Source: Alphaproteobacteria bacterium (GTDB lineage Bacteria > Pseudomonadota > Alphaproteobacteria > SHVV01). From it: a stretch of 64,000 bases of DNA. The notes under the pieces are model-generated. The model was not told the origin of the DNA. It ran no database searches and saw only the letters and a program-made list of their open reading frames with translations. Position numbers and translations under genes: made by a program. Shown one piece after another: positions 23,510 through 35,903 of the stretch. Each line of letters opens with the position of its first letter. Positions within the stretch are counted from its first letter, which is position 1. The DNA lies in the NCBI GenBank assembly GCA_009694095.1, contig SHVV01000001.1, forward strand, positions 146 to 64,145, read 5' to 3'.

Positions 23510-24394
23510 GTGCGCTCGGCTAACCCTGCGGCTGAATCGAGCCGATTGCCCTACATCGGTATCATCCTGACCGCGGGGGTCTGCTTCAGCCTGACCGGCG
23601 TTCTTGTCCGCGTTCTTGACGCAGCGAACGGCTGGCAAGTCCTGGTTTTCCGCTCGGTGGCGTTTCTAGGGACCGTCGCGCTGTTTCTGTTCGTTCGCTA
23701 TCGACGAAAAGTTTGGCGCGCGTTCGCGGACATCGGCTGGATCGGCGTCGGTGGCGCGCTCGGCCTCGCCTTCGGAACCAGTTGTTACATCTGGGCGCTC
23801 TACTATACGACCGTTGCCAACACGGTCTTTTTGTTCGGCGCTCTTCCGTTCATCAATTCGTTTAACGCCTGGTTTCTCCTTGGCGAGCGCGTGGACCGCC
23901 TTGCCTGGGTGACGATGGCTCTCGCGCTCGCCGGGGTCGCCGTCATGATCCAGGGCGCGGTGTTCGAGGGCAGCGTGATAGGGAACGTCGTCGCGATCGC
24001 TGGCCTGCTCGGCTACTCGAGCTACACCATGTCGGTCCGGAGCAACAAAGGGATCGATATGATGCCGGCGCTCTGCGTCAGCGCCGTCGCATCCGCCGGG
24101 TTCGCGTTCGCGATCGTTGGCAGTGTGCCGATTTCGAACCATGACATTGGCGTTTGCCTCGCGATGGGCGTCGTCTCCGTCGGGCTTGGGTACATGCTTT
24201 ATACCTGGGGCGCGCGCCGGATCCGGGCTGGCGAAATCTCTCTCCTCTCCAACGTTGAGATCATTCTCGGTCCGTTATGGGCGTTGCTGGTCGTCGCCGA
24301 GGTGCCGAGCGCGTGGACGCTCGCCGGCGGCGCCGTGCTCGCGGTTGCGATCGCCGCGCAGGCCGTCATTACCTTCGGCGGCCGACCGGCTTAG
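23510..24394 (+). CDS. EamA/DMT-family transporter, paralog 3
   Basis: 294 aa, paralog, 1-nt spacer after paralog 2. Confidence 0.8.
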   Translation: MRSANPAAESSRLPYIGIILTAGVCFSLTGVLVRVLDAANGWQVLVFRSVAFLGTVALFLFVRYRRKVWRAFADIGWIGVGGALGLAFGTSCYIWALYYTTVANTVFLFGALPFINSFNAWFLLGERVDRLAWVTMALALAGVAVMIQGAVFEGSVIGNVVAIAGLLGYSSYTMSVRSNKGIDMMPALCVSAVASAGFAFAIVGSVPISNHDIGVCLAMGVVSVGLGYMLYTWGARRIRAGEISLLSNVEIILGPLWALLVVAEVPSAWTLAGGAVLAVAIAAQAVITFGGRPA

Positions 24395-25509
24395 AGCAGG
24401 CTTAGCTGCGGGGTCGAAGAAGCGGGTGGCGCGAACTGTGTCGTATCAAGCTGGACCTTGTCGCGATCGAGGCCGAGCCGCCGGCAGGCGAGGCGAAAAC
24501 GCTCGCTAATCATGCGGGCGTACGGCCCCTCGCCGATCTGACGCTTGTGGAATTTGGGGTCGTAGTCGCGCCCGCCATGCAGGGATCGGACCAATCCCAG
24601 CACGCGCTCCATTTGGAGCGGAACGTTGGCTTCGAGCCACTCGCGGAACAGTTCTTTGATTTCAAGCGGCAGACGCAGCAGTACGTAGCCCGCGCTGCGC
24701 GCTCCGGCGGCAGCGGCTGCCTGCAAGATCGCCTCGGTTTCTCCATCGGTGAGGCCGGGAATGATCGGCGCGACCATGACGCTGGTCGGTATTCCGGCCG
24801 TTGTGAGCGCACGGATCGTCGCCAGGCGTTTCTCCGGCGTCGCGGCGCGCGGCTCCATGCGGCGCGCGAGTTTTCGATCGAGCGTCGTCACCGAGATCGC
24901 CACGCGCGCCAGGTTCCTCGCCGCCATGGGCGCGAGGATGTCGATGTCGCGTTGAACGAGCGCAGACTTGGTGACGATGGTGACCGGATGATTGAAGACG
25001 GCAAAGACGCCGAGAACCGAGCGGGTGATCTGCCAGCCCCGTTCGACCGGCTGGTAGGGATCGGTATTGGTGCCGAGCGCGATCGGGGCGCAGGCGTATC
25101 CACGCCGGCGCAACTCTCGATCAAGCAGTTTCGCGGCGTCGGGCTTGGCGAGGATTTGCGATTCGAAATCGAGGCCGGGCGAGAAGCCGAGGTAGGCATG
25201 GGTGGGCCGCGCGAAGCAATAGATGCAACCGTGCTCGCAGCCACGATAAGGATTGATCGATCGGTCGAACGGCACGTCGGGCGATTGGTTGCGCGTGATG
25301 ATCGTGCGCGAGCGATCGACAGTGACATTGGTCGCGAACGGCGGCGCCGACTGGTCCTGCTCGAGCCACCCATCGTCGAAGGCGATGTTGGCGGTCCGGA
25401 CCCGCTGATGCGGCTCGAAGCGGTTGGTGGCGTTCGAGAGAGCGCCCCGCCCGCACCGGGATTCTTCCGGTAAGATGTCGTTCGGTAATGACGGCATATT
25501 TTGGATCAT
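24391..25509 (-). CDS. radical SAM protein, PA0069/COG1533 (SplB-like) family
   Basis: 'YRGCEHGCIYCFARP' CxxxCxxC; single-Cys C-terminus (not ArsS-like); start at MIQNMPS (ORF-track start further upstream). Confidence 0.7.
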   Translation of the reverse strand: MIQNMPSLPNDILPEESRCGRGALSNATNRFEPHQRVRTANIAFDDGWLEQDQSAPPFATNVTVDRSRTIITRNQSPDVPFDRSINPYRGCEHGCIYCFARPTHAYLGFSPGLDFESQILAKPDAAKLLDRELRRRGYACAPIALGTNTDPYQPVERGWQITRSVLGVFAVFNHPVTIVTKSALVQRDIDILAPMAARNLARVAISVTTLDRKLARRMEPRAATPEKRLATIRALTTAGIPTSVMVAPIIPGLTDGETEAILQAAAAAGARSAGYVLLRLPLEIKELFREWLEANVPLQMERVLGLVRSLHGGRDYDPKFHKRQIGEGPYARMISERFRLACRRLGLDRDKVQLDTTQFAPPASSTPQLSLL

Positions 25510-25575
25510 AGACTCTAAATAGAACAAATCAAGAACATAACAGATGAGCAAAATTGTCCTCTGCGGCAACGAGCC

Positions 25576-26268
25576 ATGAGCGAAGTCGGCCTGCTGAGTG
25601 TCATTATCCCGGCGCTTGAAGCCGAGTCCGTGCTCGCCGATACGGTCGCGGCGCTTCGAGCCGGTGCTGGCCGCCTACGGCTGGACGTAACCGTCGTCGA
25701 TGGCGGCTCGCTCGATGGCACGCGGTCGTTGGCGGCAAGCCTCGGGGCGCGCGTCATGCGGGTTGAAAAGGGACGTGGCCAGCAGCTTGCCGCCGGCGCG
25801 GCCAGCGCGGCGGGTAGCTGGCTGCTCTTTCTTCATGCGGACACGCGCCTTGGGCCGACGTGGGGAACTTGCGTCGAAGCCTTCGGGTCCGATGGTGCAA
25901 ATCACGACCGTTTTGCTGCGTTCCGCTTGGCATTCGACGATCAAACGCCGGGCGCGCGTCGGCTTGAGCAAATCGTCGCTTGGCGCTGCAAGACCCTTGG
26001 TCTTCCGTTCGGCGATCAGGGGCTTCTCATCGCCCGCCGGCGTTACGAAGAGATCGGCGGGTTTCAACCGCTCGTGCTCATGGAAGACGTTGACCTCGTT
26101 CGCCGCCTCGATCGGCGACGCTGCGCGATGCTCGACGCGACCGCCACGACTTCGGCCGCCCGATACCGCTCGGACGGCTACTTGCGGCGCAGCGCGCGTA
26201 ATCTTGTCTGCCTCGGGCTCTACTTTGCCGGCGTCTCGCCCCGTTTATTGGCGCGGCTCTACGGATGA
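25576..26268 (+). CDS. family-2 glycosyltransferase (rSAM/selenodomain-associated transferase 2-like)
   Basis: 'SVIIPALEAE...VVDGGSLDGT' GT-A fold N-terminus; paired with downstream DUF2064 gene. Confidence 0.65.
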   Translation: MSEVGLLSVIIPALEAESVLADTVAALRAGAGRLRLDVTVVDGGSLDGTRSLAASLGARVMRVEKGRGQQLAAGAASAAGSWLLFLHADTRLGPTWGTCVEAFGSDGANHDRFAAFRLAFDDQTPGARRLEQIVAWRCKTLGLPFGDQGLLIARRRYEEIGGFQPLVLMEDVDLVRRLDRRRCAMLDATATTSAARYRSDGYLRRSARNLVCLGLYFAGVSPRLLARLYG

Positions 26269-26912
26269 TCCTGTCCGGCCGCCAGCGCCACCTCGTCGTG
26301 TTTGCCCGTGCCCCTCAGTTTGGCGCGATCAAGCGGCGGCTCGCGCGCGACGTCGGCGCGGCCACGGCGTGGCGCTTCTACCGCGATACTCTCGATGCGA
26401 CGCTGGCAAAACTCCATCGCCCACAGTGGACGTGCTGGCTCGCCTTGACGCCGGATCGCTTGGCGCCGCGCTATCGCAATGTTCGCTTCGGCTGGTATAC
26501 GATGGCTCAAGGGTCGGGCGACCTCGGCGATCGAATGGCGCGCGTGTTCGCCGTATTGCCCCGCGGCCCGGCCATCGTCGTCGGCTCGGATATCCCGGCG
26601 ATCGGACCGACATACATCAATGAAGCGTTCGTAGCGCTCGAAACCAAACAAGCCGTATTCGGCCCAGCGGCGGACGGTGGGTACTGGCTCGTCGGTCTCC
26701 GTCGCCGTCCGATCGCCGCAGGGCATTTGGCTCGGACGCTATTTCGTGATGTTCGATGGTCGACCCGGCACGCGCTTGCCGACACGCTGGGCAATGCCCC
26801 GGCTCACTGGCGCATTGCAATCGCGGCTACGCTCCACGACGTCGACCATGGAGCCGATTTCGGGCGCCGGGGCGTGGACGCCACGGGTTGGTCGGTGCCG
26901 CTCCTGGTTTAG
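26265..26912 (+). CDS. DUF2064 / rSAM-associated transferase 1-like (nucleotidyltransferase-fold)
   Basis: '[19 protein letters not shown]' N-terminus typical of the family; ATGA coupling with upstream GT2. Confidence 0.6.
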   Translation: MILSGRQRHLVVFARAPQFGAIKRRLARDVGAATAWRFYRDTLDATLAKLHRPQWTCWLALTPDRLAPRYRNVRFGWYTMAQGSGDLGDRMARVFAVLPRGPAIVVGSDIPAIGPTYINEAFVALETKQAVFGPAADGGYWLVGLRRRPIAAGHLARTLFRDVRWSTRHALADTLGNAPAHWRIAIAATLHDVDHGADFGRRGVDATGWSVPLLV

Positions 26913-27460
26913 GCCCGTTTAGGGGCCTTGCCCTCGGTGAGTCGCGGCAGGATTTCAACAAAGTTGCACGGCCGAAAACGGTAGTCGAGTTGCCACTTGA
27001 GAATATCGTCCCAGCCGTCGCGGCACGCCCCCGGTGAGCCCGGCAGAGCGAACAAATAGGTCCCGCCAGCGACGCCGGCTGTCACGCGCGACTGAATCGT
27101 CGACGTGCCGATTTTCTGATAGCTCAGCATACGAAAAAGCTCGCCGAATCCGGCGATTTCTTTCTCGTATAAGGACGCGAACGCTTCCGGAGTGACGTCT
27201 CGTCCGGTCACGCCGGTACCGCCGCTCGCGATCACGACATCGATGCCCGGGTCGGCGATCCACGTCCCCAGTTGAGCGACGATCGCACCAATGTCGTCGC
27301 GGACGATCGCGCGCCCGGCCAAACGATGGCCGGCACCGCCGATGCAGTCGATGAGTGTTTGTCCCGATTTGTCATCGGCCTCGGTGCGCGTGTCCGAGAC
27401 CGTCAGTACGGCAATGCTAACGGGGATGAACGGGCGGGTTTCGTCGATGCGCCCGCTCAT
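26909..27460 (-). CDS. moaB: molybdenum cofactor biosynthesis protein B (MoaB/MogA family)
   Basis: 'VLTVSDTR...[14 protein letters not shown]'; start at MSGRID; ORF-track frame extended upstream. Confidence 0.8.
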   Translation of the reverse strand: MSGRIDETRPFIPVSIAVLTVSDTRTEADDKSGQTLIDCIGGAGHRLAGRAIVRDDIGAIVAQLGTWIADPGIDVVIASGGTGVTGRDVTPEAFASLYEKEIAGFGELFRMLSYQKIGTSTIQSRVTAGVAGGTYLFALPGSPGACRDGWDDILKWQLDYRFRPCNFVEILPRLTEGKAPKRA

Positions 27461-29262
27461 GGCGCAGCCGAACGAGCTCCACCGGGCGGAGTTGGGTCTT
27501 GACCGTTGTAAAGCGGCCATGCGCCCGCCGCAACTTGGTCGAGCGACGGAGCAGGTTGGCCAAGCCGTTCGCTGTAGAGCCAAAAGCTCGATACGACTCG
27601 TTGGACGTACTGGCGGGTCTCGGCAACCGGAATGCTTTCGATGAACAGGAGCGGATCTTGCGGCGCCTTGATTTCGCGCTGCCACTTCCGGAGTCGGCCA
27701 GGGCCGGCATTGTAGGCTGCCGCCAGATAGAACAAATTTCGCTGAACTTCGTTCTGGTCGAGCAGGTAGCTCAAATACTTTTGCCCGAGGCCGACGTTGA
27801 GATCCGGATCGAGCAGTCTCTTCTTGCTTCGTCGCAGCGAATGGTCGTTCGCCATGTCGCTCGCAGTTCGCGGCATGAGCTGCATCAATCCCTGGGCGCC
27901 GACCGGACTCTTGGCATTGGGGTTGAAGCCCGACTCCTCGCGCATGAAGGCGAAAATCATCGCCCGGTCGAGGACAAAGCCGTCTTCGGGAACGTAGGCC
28001 GGAATCGGATAGTGTGACGACTCGATGCGATCGGCGTGGTCGTGCAGACCCCGCGACAGCCGCATTTGCAGCGAGGCGAGATTGAGCCGATCGGCGATCG
28101 ATGCGATCGCGATTTGATGGTTCGAATCGACCCCCGGCAGCAGTTGTCGAAGCTCGCGCTCGGCATAGTCGATCTGCCCGATCTCGCGCAGCGCGATGGC
28201 GCGCCGTACCGGTGCGGCGTCGAGCAGGCGACTAACGGCTGGCGTATCGAGCGGCACCTGGGTCCAATCCAACGGCGAATTCTTGCCGAGCAAGCGGGCG
28301 GCGATGAGGCCGTAGAACGCGAACGGGTGTTGAGCAGCGATCTCGAGGAGCGCGTCGACTTTTTCGGGATGGTGCGTCACCAAGTTCGTTCGCGCCGCCC
28401 AATAAGCGCCGGCGGCCACGTTCCAAGACGCCGCAGTCTTTGAACGGGCCAAGGCCTCGAAATGTTGGCGCGCCGCTTCGAAGTTGCCGAGGCGCCACGC
28501 GGCGAGCCCCGCGGTCCAATCCGCCAGCGGGACGGACTTGCGTGCCGATTTGGCGAGGGTCGAGGCGAGGCGGTAAGCAGCTTCGTCGTTTCCTTTGAAA
28601 TAGTAAGCCGCCGCGATCTGCCGTCGGAGCTGATCGTGTTCGTTGGACGACAACTTGGCCTTGACGTTGGCATTACCGAGCCGCGCCTCGGCCACCTCGG
28701 GGAGACCAAGACGAAGCGCATCGACGACTACGCCGCCGATTTTTTTCAGGGACGATTTGATATCAAGCGTTCGATCGCGTTCGACATCGGGAAGGGGGCT
28801 TTCGTGGCGATCGGATAAGCCGAGTGTCACTGGCTGCGGTGGGCGCGGCGCTTTCTGCCCCTTGGGCAGGCGCTGTAGCGCCAAGCTGTGGATCTTATTC
28901 GCGCCTGGATGATCGCCATACGCCGCGAGCCACGCGCTGAGCTCGCCATAGGGGGTGCTATAGCCCTCCCCGGCGTAGCGTTGGTAGAGCGCCCAGCCAA
29001 CCAATGTGCGGTCTTCGATCCGCGCCAACTCGCGATCGGCGTTCACGAAGTCGCCTTGCTCTTGAAGAGCGAAGATGCGGCGATACCGATCGGTATCGCG
29101 GGTCGAAAGGATGCGCGGTAGATCGTTCGTGACGCGCGTCGTATCGCCGGCCGATTGGGCGCCGGCCTCGGCCGCGCTGAGCAGCGCGAACGTAATAAAC
29201 GCCGTAAGGCAAAACAGCCGGATGCGCCGCGCTTTGCTGCTGGTAACCGCGATCAAATCCAT
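27457..29262 (-). CDS. soluble lytic murein transglycosylase (Slt family)
   Basis: signal peptide, superhelical repeats, catalytic '[24 protein letters not shown]'. Confidence 0.85.
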   Translation of the reverse strand: MDLIAVTSSKARRIRLFCLTAFITFALLSAAEAGAQSAGDTTRVTNDLPRILSTRDTDRYRRIFALQEQGDFVNADRELARIEDRTLVGWALYQRYAGEGYSTPYGELSAWLAAYGDHPGANKIHSLALQRLPKGQKAPRPPQPVTLGLSDRHESPLPDVERDRTLDIKSSLKKIGGVVVDALRLGLPEVAEARLGNANVKAKLSSNEHDQLRRQIAAAYYFKGNDEAAYRLASTLAKSARKSVPLADWTAGLAAWRLGNFEAARQHFEALARSKTAASWNVAAGAYWAARTNLVTHHPEKVDALLEIAAQHPFAFYGLIAARLLGKNSPLDWTQVPLDTPAVSRLLDAAPVRRAIALREIGQIDYAERELRQLLPGVDSNHQIAIASIADRLNLASLQMRLSRGLHDHADRIESSHYPIPAYVPEDGFVLDRAMIFAFMREESGFNPNAKSPVGAQGLMQLMPRTASDMANDHSLRRSKKRLLDPDLNVGLGQKYLSYLLDQNEVQRNLFYLAAAYNAGPGRLRKWQREIKAPQDPLLFIESIPVAETRQYVQRVVSSFWLYSERLGQPAPSLDQVAAGAWPLYNGQDPTPPGGARSAAP

Positions 29263-29377
29263 GCCCCAATCCAGGTTGCAAGTATGTTGCCTGTAACCTC
29301 TCCCTGACCCGTTACTAAACGATTAGCGGAAACGCTTCAACCCACTATTGAACTTTTCGGCGATCCCGGGGCGGGCT

Positions 29378-30217
29378 TCAGCTGCCACCAAGGGCGTGCA
29401 ACTTTTCCTTGATCGCGAGAAGGTCGCGCCACGCATCGCGCTTGAGTGCGGGCTGTCGGAGGAGATAGGCGGGATGAAAAATCGCGATGACCGGCGCAAC
29501 CGAAGCCGGATCGCCCGCGACGGTTTGATGCTCGAACCATTTGCCGTGCAACCGGGTGATGCCCTCGGGCCGTTTCAGCAACGTGGCAGCGGCCGTGCCG
29601 CCGACCAGCACCAGCAGGCGCGGCCGTACCAACTCGATGTGGCGATCAAGAAAGGGTTGAAACAATTCGGCCTCGGCGGGCGTCGGCTTGCGGTTCCCCG
29701 GCGGTCGCCACGGCAGAATGTTGGTGATGTAGGAGGAGCGGCGGTCGAGACCGATGGCCGCCAGCATCCGGTCGAGAAGTTGGCCGCTCACGCCGACGAA
29801 CGGTTTTCCTTGGCGGTCCTCGTCGGCCCCGGGCGCTTCGCCGATCCACATGCTTGGCGCCGCCGGATTGCCGTCGGCGAAAACCAGGTTGGTCGCGGTG
29901 TATTTGAGTGTGCTGCCGTCGAACTGGCGCAATGCCTCGGCAAGTGACGCGAGATCGGTCGCGGCGGCTGCCATCGTTTGCGCGCTGTTGATCGCGACTG
30001 TTTGCGATTGAAATCCCGCGGCCGTTGCCGGTGGGCGACGAGCGGATGGCGTGTTCGCCGGCGCGTTTACCGCCTCGACCGGGGGCGTCGTCACGTTTGG
30101 CCGGTAGCGATTCTGCGGTCCATCGGCGATGGCTTCGTCGACGCCAAAATCAAGCTGTAGCTTGAGGAGTGCGAGCGATGATTCGGTGGTCACGCCAGAA
30201 GCTCCTTGCGTCCACAT
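29378..30217 (-). CDS. uracil-DNA glycosylase, family 4, with N-terminal extension
   Basis: '[27 protein letters not shown]'. Confidence 0.8.
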   Translation of the reverse strand: MWTQGASGVTTESSLALLKLQLDFGVDEAIADGPQNRYRPNVTTPPVEAVNAPANTPSARRPPATAAGFQSQTVAINSAQTMAAAATDLASLAEALRQFDGSTLKYTATNLVFADGNPAAPSMWIGEAPGADEDRQGKPFVGVSGQLLDRMLAAIGLDRRSSYITNILPWRPPGNRKPTPAEAELFQPFLDRHIELVRPRLLVLVGGTAAATLLKRPEGITRLHGKWFEHQTVAGDPASVAPVIAIFHPAYLLRQPALKRDAWRDLLAIKEKLHALGGS

Positions 30218-30324
30218 CCCGCCGATCGCCCGAGCCGGTGCCGCGGCGCGATCTTGAGCGCGAGTTTATCCCAATCTGGCGGAGACGACCCAGCGCGAGA
30301 AATCGCCGGCGTCATTGGCGGCGG

Positions 30325-31299
<975 letters not shown>

Positions 31300-31527
31300 G
31301 GGATCTCCGAACCCGGGTAGCTGAACCGCGTGATCCAAAAGAGAAGCGTTGCTTTCGGCCAGACCTACTATGCGTCTTACGATGGTGCAAACGACATTGT
31401 GTCCGGTTGGCCCATGGCGTCAGTCCTAAACGATAATATATCCTACCACCACCACGCTTGGGCAGGGCCAGCCCGCGACAAACTAGCGTTCACAAAAGGC
31501 CTGACCGGCAAGCCGATCGAAAGTTTC

Positions 31528-33174
31528 ATGGCGCAAGATTTCGAACAACGCGAATCGATGACCTACGACGTCGTGATCGTCGGCGCCGGGCCCGCCGGAC
31601 TCTCGGCCGCGATCCGCCTCAAGCAGATTGCGCCGGACGCCACCGTTTGCGTGGTCGAAAAAGGATCCGAAGTCGGCGCCCATATTCTCTCAGGCGCGGT
31701 GCTAGAACCACGGGCACTCAATGAGCTTCTTCCCGATTGGAAAGATCGGCAAGCTCCGCTGGAGATACCGGTGACCGAGGATCGTTTTTGTTTCCTTACG
31801 GCGTCGAGCGCACTTCGCGTGCCTGCGTGGGTCATGCCGTCAGAATTCGACAATCACGGCAACTACATCGTCAGCCTCGCCAATGTCTGCCGCTGGCTCG
31901 GCAAACAAGCGGAAGCGGCGGGTGTCGAGATTTATCCCGGATTCGCCGCGGCCGAGGTTCTGTACGACGCTAACGGATCGGTGTCTGGGGTGGCGACCGG
32001 AGACCTCGGCATCGACAAGATCGGAAAACGTAAACCAACGTTCACGCGCGGCGTCGAGCTGCGCGCGAAATACACTCTATTCGGCGAAGGCTGCCGCGGC
32101 TCGCTGACGAAGTCGCTGTCGCGACGGTTCGGACTCGACAAGGGGTGCGATCCGCAAACGTTTGGCATCGGCATCAAGGAGCTTTGGGAGATCGACCCGG
32201 CCAAACATCAGCCGGGGTTCGTCATGCACACGGCAGGCTGGCCGCTCGACCTCTCGACCTATGGCGGATCGTTTCTCTACCACCTCGAGAACAATCAGGT
32301 GGCGGTCGGCTTCGTGATCGGCCTCGATTACCAAAACCCACACCTCGACCCCTTCGCCGAATTCCAGCGCTTCAAGACCCACCCCGCCATCAGGTCTTTT
32401 TTCGCGGGTGGGAAACGCATCGCCTACGGCGCCCGCGCGTTGACCGAGGGCGGTTATCAGTCGATTCCCGGGCTGACCTTTCCGGGTGGTGCGTTGATCG
32501 GGTGCGCCGCCGGGTTCATGAACATGCCCAAGATCAAGGGTAGTCACACCGCGATGAAGTCCGGCATGGTGGCGGCGGAGGCCATCGCGGGCGCTTTGGC
32601 GCAGGGTCGTGCCGGGGATGCGGTAGATGAATATCCGGCGCGGCTATCCAGCTCGTGGGTCTACGAGGAATTGCGGCGTGTACGCAATTTCCGGCCAGCT
32701 CTCAACTGGGGCATGGTCCTCGGCACGCTCTACGCCGGCTTTGAACTTAAGATCTTTCGCGGCAACGTGCCTTGGACCCTCCATCATCACTCCGATCACC
32801 ATCGCTTGAAGAAGGCGGCCGATGCACCGCGTATCGACTATCCTAAACCCGACGGAGTTGTCTCATTCGACCGTTTGTCGTCAGTTTTTCTCTCCAACAC
32901 CAACCATGAGGAAGACCAGCCGGTCCACCTGCTTTTAAAGGAGGCCTCGGTCGCGATCGCACACAACCTCGCGCTCTACGACGCGCCGGAGCAACGATAT
33001 TGTCCGGCCGGGGTCTACGAGATCGTTCGCGATGAAGGCGGCGCCAACCCGCGACTGCAAATCAACGCCCAGAACTGTGTGCACTGTAAGACCTGCGATA
33101 TCAAAGATCCGACGCAGAATATCGTGTGGACGGTTCCGGAGGGGGGCGGGGGGCCCAGCTACCCCAACATGTGA
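31528..33174 (+). CDS. electron-transfer flavoprotein:ubiquinone oxidoreductase
   Basis: FAD motif '[12 protein letters not shown]'; C-terminal 4Fe-4S '[12 protein letters not shown]'; start at MAQDFE (ORF-track start 31330 likely an extension). Confidence 0.85.
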   Translation: MAQDFEQRESMTYDVVIVGAGPAGLSAAIRLKQIAPDATVCVVEKGSEVGAHILSGAVLEPRALNELLPDWKDRQAPLEIPVTEDRFCFLTASSALRVPAWVMPSEFDNHGNYIVSLANVCRWLGKQAEAAGVEIYPGFAAAEVLYDANGSVSGVATGDLGIDKIGKRKPTFTRGVELRAKYTLFGEGCRGSLTKSLSRRFGLDKGCDPQTFGIGIKELWEIDPAKHQPGFVMHTAGWPLDLSTYGGSFLYHLENNQVAVGFVIGLDYQNPHLDPFAEFQRFKTHPAIRSFFAGGKRIAYGARALTEGGYQSIPGLTFPGGALIGCAAGFMNMPKIKGSHTAMKSGMVAAEAIAGALAQGRAGDAVDEYPARLSSSWVYEELRRVRNFRPALNWGMVLGTLYAGFELKIFRGNVPWTLHHHSDHHRLKKAADAPRIDYPKPDGVVSFDRLSSVFLSNTNHEEDQPVHLLLKEASVAIAHNLALYDAPEQRYCPAGVYEIVRDEGGANPRLQINAQNCVHCKTCDIKDPTQNIVWTVPEGGGGPSYPNM

Positions 33175-33277
33175 AGACGTAAAAACAGCTTCTTCTCGCA
33201 TCAGTTGCGAGTACTCTTCGGAGCTTTCTTAGGTTGGGCACAGGCGCGTTTTCCGCGATAGGATTTTGGCTTTGACG

Positions 33278-35032
33278 ATGAACGACGCGCTTACTTCGAA
33301 TGCCAAGGTGATCTGGCTCACGCTCGCGCTCGTCTTGGCAGCGAGCGCGAGCGATGCGGCTAACCAGTTGGACGCGAAAGACGCCTCCGCCGCCGCGCGA
33401 AACGCGACAAGGTCGTCGATTCCGGAGACGGCGGCAGGACGCTACTTGGCGGCGCGCAACGCCCGCACGGTCGGCGATACGATCGCCGCCGCCGATTTTT
33501 TCGGTCAAGCTCTCGACATCGATCCCGGGAATCAAACGATCATCCGCGAAGCGTTTGCTGTGCTCGTCGCCGGCGGGCGCATCGTTGAGGCACTTAAGCT
33601 CACCGATACGGTTATCAAGGCCGAACCGCGATCTCCGCTCGCGCATTTGGTTCTCGGCATTGCCCACCTTAAGAACGGCGACTACGAAAAAGCGCGCGTC
33701 GAGATCGCGAAGACCGGACGCCAGCGCCTCAACCAATTGTCGACCCCATTGCTCGTCGCATGGTGTTACCTCGGACAAAAGCAAGTCGACTCCGCGCTCA
33801 AGGAACTAGGCACGCTCGGTCGCAACAAAGCGTTTGCCGGCTTCCTCTCGTTTCACAAGGCATTGATCAGCGACTTGGCCGGGCGAACGGCCGATGCCGA
33901 GGCTGCATATAAAGAGCCGGTTGGTGATGATGCTGAAGGCGGCGCCCGGATGAGCGAGGCGTTTGGCAACTTCCTCGAGCGCCAAGGCAAGCGCGATCAA
34001 GCGTCTGACCTCTACAAGGAGGGGATTGCCAAGGACCCGGGTAGCGCTCTTTACGAGCTGCTGCTGAGCGAGCTGTCCAGCGGTCGCACGAAGACTCCTG
34101 TCGTTGCCGACCCGCGTCAAGGAGCGGCTGAAGCTCTGTTCGGCGTCGGTTCGGCGCTCGTGCAAGAGGGGTCGCTCGACACGGCAGCGATTTATCTCCG
34201 GCTCGCGCTCTATTTGCGGCCTGACCATGCGCTCGCCCAAACCGTGATCGGCAATATCATTGAGGCCGGCCAGCGCTACGAAGCGGCGATCGCCGAGTAC
34301 AAACGCGTGGCGCCGAAATCCCCTTACGCTTGGAATGCGCGTTTGCGGATGGCGACAAGCTTGCAGAACCTTGAAAAATACGACGAAGCGGCCGTTCTTC
34401 TTCAAGAGCTGATCCGCGAGCGGAGCGAACGGATCGACGCGGCAGTTACGCTTGGCGACCTTTACCGCGGACGCGAACGCTGGGACGATGCAATCGTCGA
34501 ATATGATCGCGCGGTCGCACGCCTCAAGACCGTGAAGGAAACGGATTGGGCGATTTTTTACGCGCGCGGTATCGCGCTCGAGCGATCCAAGCGATGGGAC
34601 CTGGCGGAGGCCGACTTCTTGAAAGCGCTCGAGCTTCAGCCCAACCATCCGATGGTTCTCAATTACCTGGGCTATTCGTGGGTCGAGCAGGGTCTCAAGC
34701 TCGACCAGGCGCGCACTATGATCGAGCGTGCCGTCAATTTGCGCCCGCGCGACGGTTACATCGTCGACAGTCTGGGCTGGGTGCTCTATCGATTCGGCGA
34801 CTATCGAGGTGCGGTAAAACAGCTCGAGCGTGCGATCGAATTGCGGCCGGAAGATCCGGTCATTAACGATCATTTAGGCGATGCGTACTTCCTCGTTGGT
34901 CGCGAAAACGAAGCACGTTTTCAATGGCGCCGGGCGTTGTCGTTCAAGCCGGAAAAAGACCTGATTCCGGCGATCGAGAAAAAGCTCATTGACGGGCTTC
35001 CGGCCGCCAAACCGTTGAAGAGCGGTGGGTGA
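33278..35032 (+). CDS. secreted TPR-repeat protein
   Basis: signal peptide then multiple TPR-like repeats. Confidence 0.7.
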   Translation: MNDALTSNAKVIWLTLALVLAASASDAANQLDAKDASAAARNATRSSIPETAAGRYLAARNARTVGDTIAAADFFGQALDIDPGNQTIIREAFAVLVAGGRIVEALKLTDTVIKAEPRSPLAHLVLGIAHLKNGDYEKARVEIAKTGRQRLNQLSTPLLVAWCYLGQKQVDSALKELGTLGRNKAFAGFLSFHKALISDLAGRTADAEAAYKEPVGDDAEGGARMSEAFGNFLERQGKRDQASDLYKEGIAKDPGSALYELLLSELSSGRTKTPVVADPRQGAAEALFGVGSALVQEGSLDTAAIYLRLALYLRPDHALAQTVIGNIIEAGQRYEAAIAEYKRVAPKSPYAWNARLRMATSLQNLEKYDEAAVLLQELIRERSERIDAAVTLGDLYRGRERWDDAIVEYDRAVARLKTVKETDWAIFYARGIALERSKRWDLAEADFLKALELQPNHPMVLNYLGYSWVEQGLKLDQARTMIERAVNLRPRDGYIVDSLGWVLYRFGDYRGAVKQLERAIELRPEDPVINDHLGDAYFLVGRENEARFQWRRALSFKPEKDLIPAIEKKLIDGLPAAKPLKSGG

Positions 35033-35903
35033 AGGCGCGCGCGCGGGCGTCGTCGAATACCAGGCGCCCGCCAAGATCAACTTGTATCTCCACGTTCTCG
35101 ACCGCCGCGACGACGGCTACCATGACATCGAAAGTTTGGTTGTGTTTGCCGCGTTCGGCGATGTGGTCGAGGTGCGGGCCGCCCGATCGCTTACGCTTTC
35201 GGTCACCGGACCTTTTGCCGACGTAGTGCCGAAGGACGAGTCGAACATCGTCCATCGCGCTGCGTGTCGCTTAGCGGCGGCTCTCGGCGAGACCAGAGGT
35301 GCCGCCATCGCCGTGACTAAGAACCTTCCTGTGGCGGCTGGACTGGGTGGCGGCTCGGCCGATGCGGCCGCGGCCCTACGTGGGCTCTCCGACCTTTGGC
35401 AATCGGACCTTCCGCGCAATGAGCTCCAAGCCTTGGCGCTTGAGCTTGGCGCCGATCTGCCGGTCTGTCTCGCTGGGCATGCCGCTTTCGTGCGCGGGGT
35501 CGGTGAAAGGCTGCGGGTAGCCGCCGAATTACCGGCGGCGCCGATCGTGCTCGCAAACCCCGGGGTGCCGCTACCGACGGCCCAGGTTTTCGCGAACCTT
35601 TCCGGTCGGTTCGGAGCGTCGCTGTCCGACTTGCCCGCAGTGCGCGACGGGGCGGCTCTGGCAAGTTCTTTGGCGCCTTACCGCAACGATCTCACGACGT
35701 CCGCTATTGAATTGGTGCCGTCGGTCGCGACCGTATTGTCGTTTCTCGCCGATCAACCGGGGGCTCGCCTTGCGCGGATGTCGGGAAGTGGACCGACCTG
35801 TTTCGCGCTATTCACGGACGCGCCCGCTGCTCGACGAGCAGCGTCGCGCGCCCGCGCCGCCTATCCGGGGTGGTGGGCGATCGCGACGCACCTTGCGCCA
35901 TGA
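35025..35903 (+). CDS. ispE: 4-diphosphocytidyl-2-C-methyl-D-erythritol kinase
   Basis: 'APAKINLYLHV', GHMP motif 'PVAAGLGGGSADAAA'. Confidence 0.85.
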   Translation: MGEGARAGVVEYQAPAKINLYLHVLDRRDDGYHDIESLVVFAAFGDVVEVRAARSLTLSVTGPFADVVPKDESNIVHRAACRLAAALGETRGAAIAVTKNLPVAAGLGGGSADAAAALRGLSDLWQSDLPRNELQALALELGADLPVCLAGHAAFVRGVGERLRVAAELPAAPIVLANPGVPLPTAQVFANLSGRFGASLSDLPAVRDGAALASSLAPYRNDLTTSAIELVPSVATVLSFLADQPGARLARMSGSGPTCFALFTDAPAARRAASRARAAYPGWWAIATHLAP

